Part shown: positions 31,427-41,320 of the stretch, in pieces | Layout of the letters: every line of letters starts with the position of its first letter | Numbering within the stretch: the first letter of the stretch is position 1 | Origin: Aliiroseovarius sp. | GTDB lineage: Bacteria > Pseudomonadota > Alphaproteobacteria > Rhodobacterales > Rhodobacteraceae | DNA length: 64,000 bases | Assembly (NCBI RefSeq): GCF_965228805.1 | Contig: NZ_CBDDIE010000003.1 | Coordinates: 511,445-575,444 of the forward strand | Reading direction: 5' to 3' | The notes under the pieces: generated by a model | Seen by the model: only the letters and a program-made list of their open reading frames with translations | Database searches by the model: none | Told to the model about the DNA's origin: nothing | Made by a program: the position numbers and the translations under genes

Positions 31427-32569
31427 GTGAAGATGATGCGTATGTTCGAAGAAATCCTGGGCCTTACCCGGCTCACTGTCACCGAAACCGAACGTGTCCT
31501 GGCCCTGCGCCACGGCCAGTTCGAGGCCATCCTGGGTCCGGGCGAGCACCGGATGCGGAAGCGTGGCCTGAGCACCGAACGGCATGATCTGAACGCGCTG
31601 CGTTTCACCTCCAATCTGGAGCACGCTCTGTTCCGCACCCGTGCGGACCTGGCCCGCGCCCATCTGACCGAGGTGGAGACCACCCCGGAAGAGGTCGCGG
31701 TGATCCTGCGTGACGGCCGCCCGATCCGCGTTTTGCTGCCCGACACCCGCGAGGTGTTCTGGACCGATGCGGGCCCCTGGGAGGTCGAACGCCACCCGGT
31801 CGGTGACACCCTGTCGGTCGGCACGACCCTGATGCGTCGCCTCGTGCGCGCGGGTCTGACCGGCGAGTTCAGCCTTGCGGATGTGGCCGAGGGCCATGTC
31901 GGCATGCTCAGCGTCGATGGGATCGCCAAGGGGCAGCTTGCCGCCGGGCGTCACGCCTTCTGGCGGGTTGGCCGCCGGGTCGAGGTTCGTCAGGTCGACC
32001 TGCGCCACCGCAGCCACGAGGTTGTCGGCCAGGAGGTCCTGACCCGCGACCGCGTGACCCTGCGCCTGAACCTGACCGCGGGCTTCCGCGTGACGGATGC
32101 CGAGGTCGCGACCACGGCGGTAAAGGACTTCGAGGAAGCCCTGCACCGCGCCCTGCAGCTTGCCCTGCGCAAGACCGTGGGGGCGCTGACGCTGGACCGG
32201 CTGTTGGCCGAGAAAGCGGTGGTCGAGCCCGACCAGCTGACCCGTCTGCGCGCCGAGATGGCCGCAATCGGGATCGAGCTGGGAGAGGTCGCGTTGAAGG
32301 ACGTGATCCTGCCCGGCGAGATGCGCGACATCCTGAACGCGGTGGTCGAGGCCGAGAAACAGGCCGAGGCCAGCGTCATCCGCCGCCGCGAGGAAACCAA
32401 CGCCACGCGGGCGCTTTTGAACACCGCGAAACTGATGGCGGACAACCCCGTCATGCTGCGGCTGAAAGAGCTTGAGGCGCTGGAAGGCATCGCGGGCAAC
32501 GTGGATCGCCTGACGATCCACAACGGCGCCCAGGGGCTCATGTCGGACCTGGTCCGGCTGAGCGACTAA
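31427..32569 (+). CDS. SPFH/band-7 (slipin/stomatin-like) domain protein
   Basis: Band-7 core and C-terminal coiled region (…VIRRREETNATRALLNTAKLMADNPVMLRLKELEAL…). Confidence 0.8.
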   Translation: MKMMRMFEEILGLTRLTVTETERVLALRHGQFEAILGPGEHRMRKRGLSTERHDLNALRFTSNLEHALFRTRADLARAHLTEVETTPEEVAVILRDGRPIRVLLPDTREVFWTDAGPWEVERHPVGDTLSVGTTLMRRLVRAGLTGEFSLADVAEGHVGMLSVDGIAKGQLAAGRHAFWRVGRRVEVRQVDLRHRSHEVVGQEVLTRDRVTLRLNLTAGFRVTDAEVATTAVKDFEEALHRALQLALRKTVGALTLDRLLAEKAVVEPDQLTRLRAEMAAIGIELGEVALKDVILPGEMRDILNAVVEAEKQAEASVIRRREETNATRALLNTAKLMADNPVMLRLKELEALEGIAGNVDRLTIHNGAQGLMSDLVRLSD

Positions 32570-32853
32570 GGCACGGCCCGTCCGGGAAACCGGGCGGGCC
32601 ATTTGCGTTCACCTACGTGGGCTCGGTCAAATTCTCGAAGCTGTTTCGGCGTTTTTCGGCACAGGAAGAATTTGCACCTCAATTGAGGTAAAGAATTGAA
32701 TACAAACAAATTTCCGCCCTAAACTTCCGTTTATCCGGATAAACGCCCGTGCCGTGTTGCCGTCATAAACCCGCGCCAGATGGCCAATATCTGGAAATCG
32801 TGATGCTGTCCCCCCACCGGCCGCTCCCGGCCCTGTATTGAAAGGACAGTTCC

Positions 32854-33246
32854 ATGAGATTGAAACCCTTCCTGGTGATGACCGCCACCGCCGCCCTGCT
32901 CTCGTCCACCGCGCTTGCGCAACAGGACCCGGTCGTTCAGGACATCGTCGACGGTCTGGTCGAGCGCGGCTACACCCATATCGAGGTCAAGCGCGGGATC
33001 GGACGCATCAAGGTCGAAGCCACCGGCACCACGGGCGAGATCGAGCAGGTCTATGACACCGACGGAAATCTGCGCAAGGAAGAGGAGGTGGTCGATGGCG
33101 TCGAGACCGAGCGCACCTATGACAAGGACGGAAACGTGGTCAAGGAAGAGGTCGAGGCCGTCGACGAGGAAGAGGACGACGATGAAGATGAGGAGGAGGA
33201 GGACGACGACGACGAGGACGAAGACGACAGCGATGACGACTTCTGA
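32854..33246 (+). CDS. Secreted protein with extreme poly-acidic (D/E) C-terminal tail
   Basis: Signal peptide (MRLKPFLVMTATAALLSSTALA). Final ~40 residues are almost entirely D/E (EEDDDEDEEEEDDDDEDEDDSDDDF). Confidence 0.55.
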   Translation: MRLKPFLVMTATAALLSSTALAQQDPVVQDIVDGLVERGYTHIEVKRGIGRIKVEATGTTGEIEQVYDTDGNLRKEEEVVDGVETERTYDKDGNVVKEEVEAVDEEEDDDEDEEEEDDDDEDEDDSDDDF

Positions 33247-33369
33247 TCGTTCCCCGGCACGCCCTTCCCTGCGGAGGGCCGCTTGACTCCGCACACGCCC
33301 CACAAAGGAAAGGCCCGCCCGGGACGCCGGACAGACCATCTCGCGGGGAACGGCAAAGCCGCTTCACCC

Positions 33370-33696
33370 TCAGCTTTCGTGCAGGATCACTTCAAAGCCT
33401 TCGAACTGCGGGTGGCCCATGATCGGGCTTTCGCCGCTGCTCTTGCGCTTGCCTTCGCTGGAATGCGAGGCGCGGAACTGTTCCGACGTGGTCCAGGCCT
33501 CGAAATCCTCACGGCTGTCCCAGACCACATGGCTGGAATAGAGCCGATAACCGTCGCCCTCTGGCCCTTTCAACATGCGAAACTCGCGAAAGCCCTTCAG
33601 CTCACGGAGCTTGCTTTCGCGGTTCTGCCAGATGGCGACGAATTCGTCCTGCAGGTCCAGGCGCACCTTGAACCGGTTCATGGCAATGAAGCTCAT
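33370..33696 (-). CDS. Antibiotic biosynthesis monooxygenase (ABM) domain protein
   Basis: ~100-aa ferredoxin-like ABM fold pattern (IAMNRFKV…FEAW). Confidence 0.7.
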   Translation of the reverse strand: MSFIAMNRFKVRLDLQDEFVAIWQNRESKLRELKGFREFRMLKGPEGDGYRLYSSHVVWDSREDFEAWTTSEQFRASHSSEGKRKSSGESPIMGHPQFEGFEVILHES

Positions 33697-33805
33697 GATT
33701 ATCTCCTGTCGGATTATCGGGGGGTGGCTGGCGGTGCATCCGCGTGGCTTGGCCCGGGTCTAGCGTAGCGTGGCAGCCCGGGTCAATCGCCGGTCCATCG
33801 GCCGC

Positions 33806-34180
33806 TCAGGCGGCGTAGAGCCTCAGCACCTCCAGCGAGACCACTTCCAGAGCGCGGCCATGGGTGGCTTGCAGCACGACGCGTGGCGCGCAGCCCTCGT
33901 CATGGGCCTGCAGGAACCGCGCTGCGCAGAGGCACCAGTGATCGCCTGCCATCAGCCCCTCGAAGCCAAACTCGGGGCGCGGGGTGGTCAGGTCGTTGCC
34001 GACATATTTCGAAAACGCCAGGAACTCGTCCGTCATGATCGCGCAGACCGTGTGATTGCCCATGTCCGCGTCACAGGTGTTGCAGAAGCCGTCGCGGAAA
34101 TAGCCGGTCACCGGGTCACGGCCGCATTCGATCAGCTCACCACCCAGCACGTTGATCGGCTTGTCCGGTTCCGGTCTCAT
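33806..34180 (-). CDS. DUF2237 family protein
   Basis: Cys-rich conserved pattern (GYFRDGFCNTC…HTVCA…HWCLCAARF). Confidence 0.7.
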   Translation of the reverse strand: MRPEPDKPINVLGGELIECGRDPVTGYFRDGFCNTCDADMGNHTVCAIMTDEFLAFSKYVGNDLTTPRPEFGFEGLMAGDHWCLCAARFLQAHDEGCAPRVVLQATHGRALEVVSLEVLRLYAA

Positions 34181-35355
34181 CCCTCTGCCCCCTCCAGCGC
34201 CTCCGCGATGCGGCGGAACATGGCGATATTGCCGTCCGTCACACCGCTTTCCTTGAACAGCCTATCCGAAGAGTTCATCGCAATCACCACCCCGCGTGGC
34301 CGGTCGACATAGACATATTGGCCGTAGACACCGATGCCGAAGAACTCGCCCTCGCGCGCATCCTTGGGCACCCACCATTGGTAGCCATATTGCAGCTTGC
34401 CCGGCGCGGTCGGCGCGCTGGGAGTGGTCGAGGCGGTGACCCAATCCTCGGGCACGATCTGCTGGCCGTTCCAGCGCCCGCCATCCAGGAACATCTGCCC
34501 GAACCGCGCATAGTCGCGCGTGCGCAGGTTCAGCCCGCCCAGAACGAAGGCCACGCCGTAGCCGTCGGTGACATAGTAGGGCGCGGCCTCCAACCCCATC
34601 GGTCGGATGATCTTTTCTTCCATCAGCTCGGGCACGGAGCGGCCGGTCGCGCCCCGGATCACCATGCCGATCACGTGGGTGTCAATGGAGACATATTGCC
34701 ACTGTTTGCCGGGCGCCACGAAGGTTTCATCAAGCCCCGCCGCGAAGCCATCCATCGACCCACCCAGCGCCAGGACGCGGCCCATCTTGTTGATGTCGCT
34801 CCAGAAATCCAGGTAATCCTCGTCAAATGTCACGCCGGAGGCCATGTTCAACACGTTGCGCACCGTGGCGCCGTCATAGGCGGTGCCCGCCAGTTCCGGC
34901 ACGTATTTGGTGACCGGGTCATCGAGGCTGTCGATCGCGCCCTCATCCACGACGATGCCGAAGAGCGCCGAGAGCCAGCTTTTCGCCACCGACCAGCTGA
35001 TGCGCAGGTCTTCGGGGGTTGTGCCGTTATAGTAGTCCTCGAAGCGGATTTCGCCGTCCTTCAGCACCACCAGCGCATTAACTGAACGGTCGTCGATCCA
35101 GGTCTCTGCCCCATCGGGCAAGGTCATTTCAGCGCCAACCGGCAGCAGGCTGACCTCGCCGTCGCCGCGCGTCATGGGGCGGGTCAGGAACATCGTGTTC
35201 ATGTTCGAGAAGTTGCCGGTGATCTTTTCCTCGGCAAAAAGCGAGTTCACCGCCATCAGCCGTGTCAGCTGTTCACGCTTCCAGACCCCGACCGTGACAG
35301 CGGCCAATACGAAAAGCAGAAGAAGTCGGCCCAGAGCCTTGCCGAATGTACGCAT
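34177..35355 (-). CDS. Serine hydrolase, beta-lactamase/transpeptidase-like family
   Basis: Beta-lactamase-related fold with N-terminal signal/TM. Overlaps the DUF2237 gene by 4 nt. Confidence 0.8.
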   Translation of the reverse strand: MRTFGKALGRLLLLFVLAAVTVGVWKREQLTRLMAVNSLFAEEKITGNFSNMNTMFLTRPMTRGDGEVSLLPVGAEMTLPDGAETWIDDRSVNALVVLKDGEIRFEDYYNGTTPEDLRISWSVAKSWLSALFGIVVDEGAIDSLDDPVTKYVPELAGTAYDGATVRNVLNMASGVTFDEDYLDFWSDINKMGRVLALGGSMDGFAAGLDETFVAPGKQWQYVSIDTHVIGMVIRGATGRSVPELMEEKIIRPMGLEAAPYYVTDGYGVAFVLGGLNLRTRDYARFGQMFLDGGRWNGQQIVPEDWVTASTTPSAPTAPGKLQYGYQWWVPKDAREGEFFGIGVYGQYVYVDRPRGVVIAMNSSDRLFKESGVTDGNIAMFRRIAEALEGAEG

Positions 35356-35376
35356 GAAACCTCCCGAATTTACGGC

Positions 35377-36396
35377 TCAGCTTGCCCGCCAATCCACCCA
35401 GCGTCCATGAAAATCCACCCGACCCAAGGGGATGACCTTGCGTCCGGGCCAGAGCGTCACGGTGATCGCCGCCCCCTGTCCGCGCTGGTCGTCGGCCTCC
35501 ATGGACAGGCGGGCGACAGGGCCACGGTCTCCGGCGGCCTCCATCGCGGCAAGACAACGGGCCTGGGTCTCGGCGGGGAAGTACTGCCAGGCAACGGTGT
35601 GGTAGATCAGCTGCAGCTGATCGGAGGTATTCCCGGTCAGGCGATCTTCCAGCCAGGCCGCCGCGTCGCCCTGATCCACCCAATCGCCAATCAGCGGCAG
35701 GGCGGCGCGGGTGCGCTCCAGCCGGTCGACCTGGTCGGCCCAGAGGTAGGACATGAGGCGCAGGGCGTCTTCGTTCCGGCGCACATCCATCGGTTTCAAG
35801 TCCACGCCCCGCCGGTCGGTAATGTTCAGCCGCCCGGTGGGGGGCGGGTTTCCGCGCCACTCCGGGGTCAGGCGCACCGGGGCGTCTGCGGGCCCGATCC
35901 GCCCGGCGGGCGTGTCCAGCGCGTATTGATCCCAGGCCAGGTTCAACCCGCCGGATGCGCCCAGCTCGCTCATCACCACAGGCAGGTCGAAGCGTTCTGC
36001 CAGCCAGGCCCCGCCGGTGATCAGGGCGGCGGCGCGACGGATTTCGTTGGTCTGCGGCGGGTTGTCGAGCCAGTGGTTCAGAGTGTCCTGATGATGGGCC
36101 AACGCATGATCCAGCGCGGCCGCGAGCGTAACATCGTCCACCTCATGCGGCGGATAGGCGGCCACCAGCCCGGGGGTCTCCCCCGTCAGGACCAGCGCGT
36201 GCAACCCACCCAACAGGCGCAGAGGCAGGCTGTCACCATAGGGGCCGATGTCGCCCTGCCAGGCGAACATGCGATCGGTCAGGGGCGTGCCGGGCTGGAT
36301 GCGGTCCGCCAGCAGGCGCAGCACACGGGCGGTGAAAGGCGAGCCCAGCGCCTCGTTGTTCATCGCCTGCTCGGCCAGCGCCGCCCGCAAGCTCAA
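35377..36396 (-). CDS. DUF2332 family protein
   Basis: Length and N-terminal motif pattern consistent with DUF2332. ATGA overlap with the pth stop. Confidence 0.55.
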   Translation of the reverse strand: MSLRAALAEQAMNNEALGSPFTARVLRLLADRIQPGTPLTDRMFAWQGDIGPYGDSLPLRLLGGLHALVLTGETPGLVAAYPPHEVDDVTLAAALDHALAHHQDTLNHWLDNPPQTNEIRRAAALITGGAWLAERFDLPVVMSELGASGGLNLAWDQYALDTPAGRIGPADAPVRLTPEWRGNPPPTGRLNITDRRGVDLKPMDVRRNEDALRLMSYLWADQVDRLERTRAALPLIGDWVDQGDAAAWLEDRLTGNTSDQLQLIYHTVAWQYFPAETQARCLAAMEAAGDRGPVARLSMEADDQRGQGAAITVTLWPGRKVIPLGRVDFHGRWVDWRAS

Positions 36397-37067
36397 GAGA
36401 ACTTGTCCATCAGCTTTTGCAGCGGGGACCGGGTGTCCTCGGCGCTTTTCTCAGGTTCCGGTTTCGGCTGCGCCTTCTTCTCGGCAGCCTTCTCGCGCGG
36501 CGGGGTCATGCGCAGGCCGATGGCGTTGGAGAACTTGCCCCCATCCCCATCCGCCAGATGCGGCGCCCCGTCCGAGATCCCGCGCATCAGGTCGTCGAGC
36601 CACTCCTGCTCCGCCTTGGCGAAATCGCGCAGAACGTAACCGGACACGGCGTCCTTGTGCCCCGGATGACCAATGCCCAGCCGCACCCGCGCATAGTCCG
36701 CGCCGATATGCTGGTGGATCGAACGCAGCCCATTGTGCCCGGCATGCCCCCCACCCTGTTTCAGCCGCACCTTGCCCGGCGCGAGGTCCAGCTCGTCATG
36801 AAACACGGTCACGTCGTCCGGGGTCAGCTTGTAGAAGCGCATCGCCTCACCCACCGATTGGCCGGAGAGGTTCATGAAGGTCTCGGGCTTCAGCAGCAGC
36901 ACCTTCTCACGCCCCAGCCGTCCCTCGGTCATCGATCCCTGGAACTTGCCGCGCCAGGGGGCAAAGCCGTGATCCTCGGCAATGCGATCCAGCGCCATGA
37001 AGCCGATATTGTGACGGTTTCCCGCATATTTGGGACCGGGATTGCCGAGGCCGACAAAGAGTTTCAT
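36393..37067 (-). CDS. pth: Peptidyl-tRNA hydrolase
   Basis: MKLFVGLGNPGPKYAGNRHNIGF… is the canonical Pth, followed by a charged C-terminal extension. Confidence 0.93.
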   Translation of the reverse strand: MKLFVGLGNPGPKYAGNRHNIGFMALDRIAEDHGFAPWRGKFQGSMTEGRLGREKVLLLKPETFMNLSGQSVGEAMRFYKLTPDDVTVFHDELDLAPGKVRLKQGGGHAGHNGLRSIHQHIGADYARVRLGIGHPGHKDAVSGYVLRDFAKAEQEWLDDLMRGISDGAPHLADGDGGKFSNAIGLRMTPPREKAAEKKAQPKPEPEKSAEDTRSPLQKLMDKFS

Positions 37068-37078
37068 ACGCGCGCTCC

Positions 37079-37828
37079 ATGGACTTTTCGCGCACGCAGC
37101 GTAATGGTTCGGGGGCAGGAGAGGCAAGAGCAGAGGAAAGCAACGTGGCGAGTTTCAATATCGACGGGATCAAGCTGCGCGTGCCCGGCCATTGCCTGAC
37201 CCCGCCCCTGATCCGCGGCCTGGAAAGCGGGCATTACGAATGGAACGAGAAATCCGCGCTGAAACGCCACCTGGAGCGCGGCGACCGGGTGCTGGAGCTG
37301 GGCGCGGGGGCGGGTTATCTGTCGATCCTGTCCGCCCAGCGCATCGGCGGCGAGAACGTGGTCAGCGTCGAGGCGAGCCCCGCCATGCTGGACGTGCTGC
37401 GCAAGAACCTCGACAGCAATGGTGCGCGCGACGTGGACCTGCGCCACGGCGCGGTTGTCGCCGATCGCTACGCCGGTGAAACCGTGCGGTTCCGGGTCAG
37501 CGAGGCGTTCTGGGCCTCGTCCCTGGCGGGCGAGGCGACCGGTGACAATGTGGTCGAGGTGCCAGCCCTGCGCCTGACCGACCTGCTGGAGGAGGTGCAG
37601 CCGACGGTGGTGGTGATGGACGTGGAAGGCGCCGAACTCGAACTCTGCGAGCGCGACTGGCCCGCCTGCGTGCGTCTGTTGATCATGGAAATCCACACCC
37701 GCCAATACGGCCCCACCAAGGTCAAGGCGATGTTCGATGCACTGAGCCGGGCGGGCTTCACCTACATGCCATGGGGCACACGCGGCGAGGTGGTGACATT
37801 GCAACGTGTTCTTCCGGCCCCGGAGTGA
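37079..37828 (+). CDS. FkbM-family SAM-dependent methyltransferase
   Basis: SAM motif VLELGAGAGY. FkbM-like C-terminal region. Confidence 0.7.
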   Translation: MDFSRTQRNGSGAGEARAEESNVASFNIDGIKLRVPGHCLTPPLIRGLESGHYEWNEKSALKRHLERGDRVLELGAGAGYLSILSAQRIGGENVVSVEASPAMLDVLRKNLDSNGARDVDLRHGAVVADRYAGETVRFRVSEAFWASSLAGEATGDNVVEVPALRLTDLLEEVQPTVVVMDVEGAELELCERDWPACVRLLIMEIHTRQYGPTKVKAMFDALSRAGFTYMPWGTRGEVVTLQRVLPAPE

Positions 37829-38014
37829 CGCCCGCGCCAGGGAATTCTTTTGCAAAAGAATTGATGCAGGGGGGCCGCGCACTACGCGCGCGGCAGGTGC
37901 CCGGTTGCACGGTTGCACCCGGCTGGCTGCGCTGCCCGGTCCGGGCGGGGTGGGTGGCCACAGGTCCCTCCCCATGCGCCCGGTCTGCCAGGGTGGGAGC
38001 CCGGGCCGGGTGGC

Positions 38015-38042
38015 GGGTTGCAACAAAAAACGGGACCCGAGG
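38015..38042 (-). terminator. Rho-independent terminator downstream of rplY
   Basis: Minus transcript: hairpin cggggccctcgggtcccg followed by U6. Confidence 0.5.
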
Positions 38043-38076
38043 GCCCCGCTTTCCATCACTCCACTGTCCGTGAAGA

Positions 38077-38718
38077 TTATTCTTCGGCGGCGGCCTCTTC
38101 GACGGCCTCTTCGCCGTTTTCGCCTTCTTCATCATCCGACGAACGCAGCGAGCTGGGCGCCGAGATGTTGGCCACGACGAAGTCGCGGTCGATGGTCGGC
38201 TTGGCGCCTTCCGGCAGCGGGATGTCCGAGATGTGGATCACGTCGCCCACTTCGCGGCCGGTCAGGTCGCAGACGATCTTTTCCGGGATGTCGCCGGCGG
38301 TCACGCGCAGTTCGACTTCCGAACGCACCACGGTCAGAACGCCGCCCTTCTTGATGCCGGGGGCTTCTTCTTCGTTGATGAACTCGACGTGGATGAACAG
38401 GTTCACCTTGCTGGTACGCTTCAGGCGCATCAGGTCCACGTGGGTCGGCAGGTCCTTGACCACGTCACGCTGCACGCCGCGGCAGATCACGCGCACATCT
38501 TCCTGACCTTCGACCTTCAGGTTCCACAGGGTCGACAGGAAACGACCAGCTTTCAGCTTCTTGAACAGGTCGTTGTATTTCAGGTTGATGGCCTGGGGTT
38601 CGCCCTCGCCACCATAAACGATGCCGGGAACGAGGCCGTCACGACGCGCCTGGCGAGCGGCGCCCTTGCCCGTCCCCGCACGCACCGTAGCTTCAAGATT
38701 CGGAATCTCACGAGCCAT
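38077..38718 (-). CDS. rplY: 50S ribosomal protein L25 / general stress protein Ctc
   Basis: L25 N- and C-domains with acidic tail. Conserved pth-rplY neighbourhood. Confidence 0.93.
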   Translation of the reverse strand: MAREIPNLEATVRAGTGKGAARQARRDGLVPGIVYGGEGEPQAINLKYNDLFKKLKAGRFLSTLWNLKVEGQEDVRVICRGVQRDVVKDLPTHVDLMRLKRTSKVNLFIHVEFINEEEAPGIKKGGVLTVVRSEVELRVTAGDIPEKIVCDLTGREVGDVIHISDIPLPEGAKPTIDRDFVVANISAPSSLRSSDDEEGENGEEAVEEAAAEE

Positions 38719-38781
38719 TGGTATATATCCTTCAGTTTGGGCGGGGCTCCTCCAAGGCTGTAACCCCGCGTGAAGCGCTGC

Positions 38782-40083
38782 CTATAGCCGGGAATCGGGT
38801 GGATGGGAAGAGGTTTGTTGGCCGACAACACCCCAAGCGTCTTCCAGTGCTTTCTGCACCTTTGGCAAGTGCCTTTCCCAGTATCTGGCGAATTCCATCG
38901 CAATCTTCTCGGCGATTTCCGAGGGGGCCTTCCCATCCTGATTGTGGTTTGAAAAGCTTGTCTTGGAAAGAAGCTGTTTCGAGGCGAATATCTTCCACTT
39001 CGCCGAGAGGAAATTTTTTCTGCCCCCGACCTTGATGCCCGATCCCGCGGCCGACAGCACATCGAACAGGGCTTGCCGGGCCGCTGTGTCACCGGGACCA
39101 AGGACCAACTTGGTAAGAGCCGTCTGGTTCTGTACCTGCAACTCGATCATCAACAGGCGTTTTGACTTTGCCCAAGTTCCATCCCCTGCGCGCATGTGCG
39201 GCTTGTCATCCCATGTATCGACACAAAAGCGCAGGAAACGCCCCGCGCTATCGTCTTTACTGAAAGCCAAGGTGCCTTTTCTGTCGGGCAGAGAGACCGT
39301 GAGCTTGTCAGAATCCGCCTCCAGCGCTTCAATGACCTCACGCTCCAGGTCCGGCCGATACTCCATCAACAACTCAAGGGCTGCACCGTGGTCACGCCAC
39401 AGCTGGCGAATGGTGCGTTCAAGCTCGGTGTCGGGCATGATATGCCTCCTCAACATGGCCACGTATTGGGCAAAAAGCTCGGCTCCAGAAACATCGCAAA
39501 GTTCCCCGCGCACGACCGGCGCCAGCTTGTCCACCACCGTTTTCAGGGATAAGAGCCCCCAGTATTCCACCTCATCTCCCTGCGGCATCGTCTCGTCCTT
39601 GGGAAGGAAGATCAGGCGAATATCTGCGCCCGGGAAGCTTTCGTTCAACAGAGTGCGATAGCGCTCCAACTGCCCTTTTCCCTCGACCGCATGAATTTTC
39701 TGCTCCACCGCGATGATCAGCTCATTTGCTTTTCCGTGCAGGGTGGGGATGCGGATCAGCAGATCAATACGCCGCCATTCACGCAGGATCTCGGCGCGGT
39801 CAAACTGCAAACGTGACAGATCCAACGCATTGGGAGATTCATCAGGCGCGACCGCGACCACCAATCGGAGAAACTCCCGCAACAACCGGTCACCGAACCC
39901 ATGCGGATTCTTGGGATCCAGGCAATAGGCCAGGAAAGTGGAGTGCCGGATCTCCTGATGTACCATGCCGATGGCCTCGAACGGGCAGAACACACCGACA
40001 CGTTTCTCAACTGCCTTAAAGCCCTGCGCATCCGTAGCCGCCAACACCAGTTCGATCTTGGCGCTGTCTGTCACCTGTTTCAT
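38782..40083 (-). CDS. PD-(D/E)XK nuclease superfamily protein (orphan, low-GC; putative defence/restriction-like)
   Basis: Catalytic core pattern E(…FEAIG…)…D (RIDLLIRIP) … E-x-K (LIIAVEQK) in the N-terminal third. Start ATG at 40081-40083 has GGAGG 5 nt upstream (the ORF's GTG at 40095 is less likely). GC is markedly lower than the flanks. Confidence 0.7.
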   Translation of the reverse strand: MKQVTDSAKIELVLAATDAQGFKAVEKRVGVFCPFEAIGMVHQEIRHSTFLAYCLDPKNPHGFGDRLLREFLRLVVAVAPDESPNALDLSRLQFDRAEILREWRRIDLLIRIPTLHGKANELIIAVEQKIHAVEGKGQLERYRTLLNESFPGADIRLIFLPKDETMPQGDEVEYWGLLSLKTVVDKLAPVVRGELCDVSGAELFAQYVAMLRRHIMPDTELERTIRQLWRDHGAALELLMEYRPDLEREVIEALEADSDKLTVSLPDRKGTLAFSKDDSAGRFLRFCVDTWDDKPHMRAGDGTWAKSKRLLMIELQVQNQTALTKLVLGPGDTAARQALFDVLSAAGSGIKVGGRKNFLSAKWKIFASKQLLSKTSFSNHNQDGKAPSEIAEKIAMEFARYWERHLPKVQKALEDAWGVVGQQTSSHPPDSRL

Positions 40084-40177
40084 GGGAACCTCCACCTATA
40101 CGCGAAACTAGCGGGCTTAACAGTGCTGTCAACTTTGAAACTTGCTTTGGAGAAAACCCCGTGCCAGCGCTTGGCAT

Positions 40178-41320
40178 ATGAGCATAGCAACCGCCCTTCG
40201 TTTGTCCCGTCGCACCCTGCCCGCCTTTGCCGCCGAGGGCATTTTCTGGGGTGCCTTCGCCGCCTTTGCCCCGGTGCTGAAGGCAGGAATCGGCGCCTCG
40301 GATGCGCAGTTCGGCTGGGTCTTGTTGGCCTCGGCCACCGGGGCGGTGACGGCGATGTGGTTGGCACCCGTCTTTGACGCGCGGTTCGGACGGGTGGCCA
40401 TGGCCGTGGCAGCGGTGCTGTTGGGGCTGAGCTTCCAGGCACCGATGCATGTCAGCTCGATCCTCTGGTTCGGCGGTCTGATGATTTTTGCCGGTGCGGC
40501 CTCGGGCCTGTTGGACGTGGTGATGAATGCACGGCTGTCCCTGATCGAGGCGCGCTCGGGCCAGTCGCTGATGAACCTCAACCACGCGATGTTTTCCTTT
40601 GCCTATGCGGGTTCGGCGCTGGTGACCGGCTTTGCGCGGGAGGCTGGCGCAACACCTGCGCAAGTGTTCGGCGGGCTATTCCTGGTGGTGCTGGCCCTGG
40701 CCTGGGGCGCCCTGCAGTCACGCATCGAAGAGTCGGCCCACGAGGTCACCCCTGCCCCCGGCCGCCTGCCCCCCGCCGTGTTCTGGGGCGGGGCAATCAT
40801 CTTTGCCGGTTTCATGTCGGAAAACGCGGTCGAGGGTTGGTCGGCGCTGCATATCGAACGCACCCTGCATGGTGGCGCGGCCGAGGGCGCGCTTGGCCCC
40901 GCTGTGCTGGGCCTGACCATGGGCTTTGGCCGATTTGGCGGGCAACTGGTGGCCGCACGCTGGCGCCCGGCCACGGTGGTGGTGCTGGCCTCGCTGCTGT
41001 CGGCGGCGGGCTCGGTTCTGGCCGCGCTTGCGCCAGCACCTTGGGTGGCCTACCTGGGCTTCGGCGTGCTGGGGTTGGGTGTCTCGGTCATTGCACCGAT
41101 GGCCTTTGCCATGGTCGGTGCGCGCGTGGCGGACGAGATGCGCGCCCGCGCCATCTCCCGCGCCGCGGTGGTGGGCTATTTCGGCTTCTTCGTGGGCCCG
41201 CCGATCGTCGGCTTCATCGCCGAGGCGACCAGCCTGCGCATTTCATTCCTGTTCATCGCGGCCGTGCTGACCGCGGTACCCCTGCTGAGCCTGATGCTCA
41301 GGCGGTCGGAGCGGGTATAG
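40178..41320 (+). CDS. MFS transporter
   Basis: Twelve TM helices. Divergent from the nuclease gene. Confidence 0.7.
   Translation: MSIATALRLSRRTLPAFAAEGIFWGAFAAFAPVLKAGIGASDAQFGWVLLASATGAVTAMWLAPVFDARFGRVAMAVAAVLLGLSFQAPMHVSSILWFGGLMIFAGAASGLLDVVMNARLSLIEARSGQSLMNLNHAMFSFAYAGSALVTGFAREAGATPAQVFGGLFLVVLALAWGALQSRIEESAHEVTPAPGRLPPAVFWGGAIIFAGFMSENAVEGWSALHIERTLHGGAAEGALGPAVLGLTMGFGRFGGQLVAARWRPATVVVLASLLSAAGSVLAALAPAPWVAYLGFGVLGLGVSVIAPMAFAMVGARVADEMRARAISRAAVVGYFGFFVGPPIVGFIAEATSLRISFLFIAAVLTAVPLLSLMLRRSERV

Noticed and set aside
31004-32602. 532-aa minus-strand ORF
   Set aside because: Antisense to the SPFH/band-7 gene and running through the non-coding tRNA-like region. Arg/Gly-rich, typical high-GC shadow ORF.
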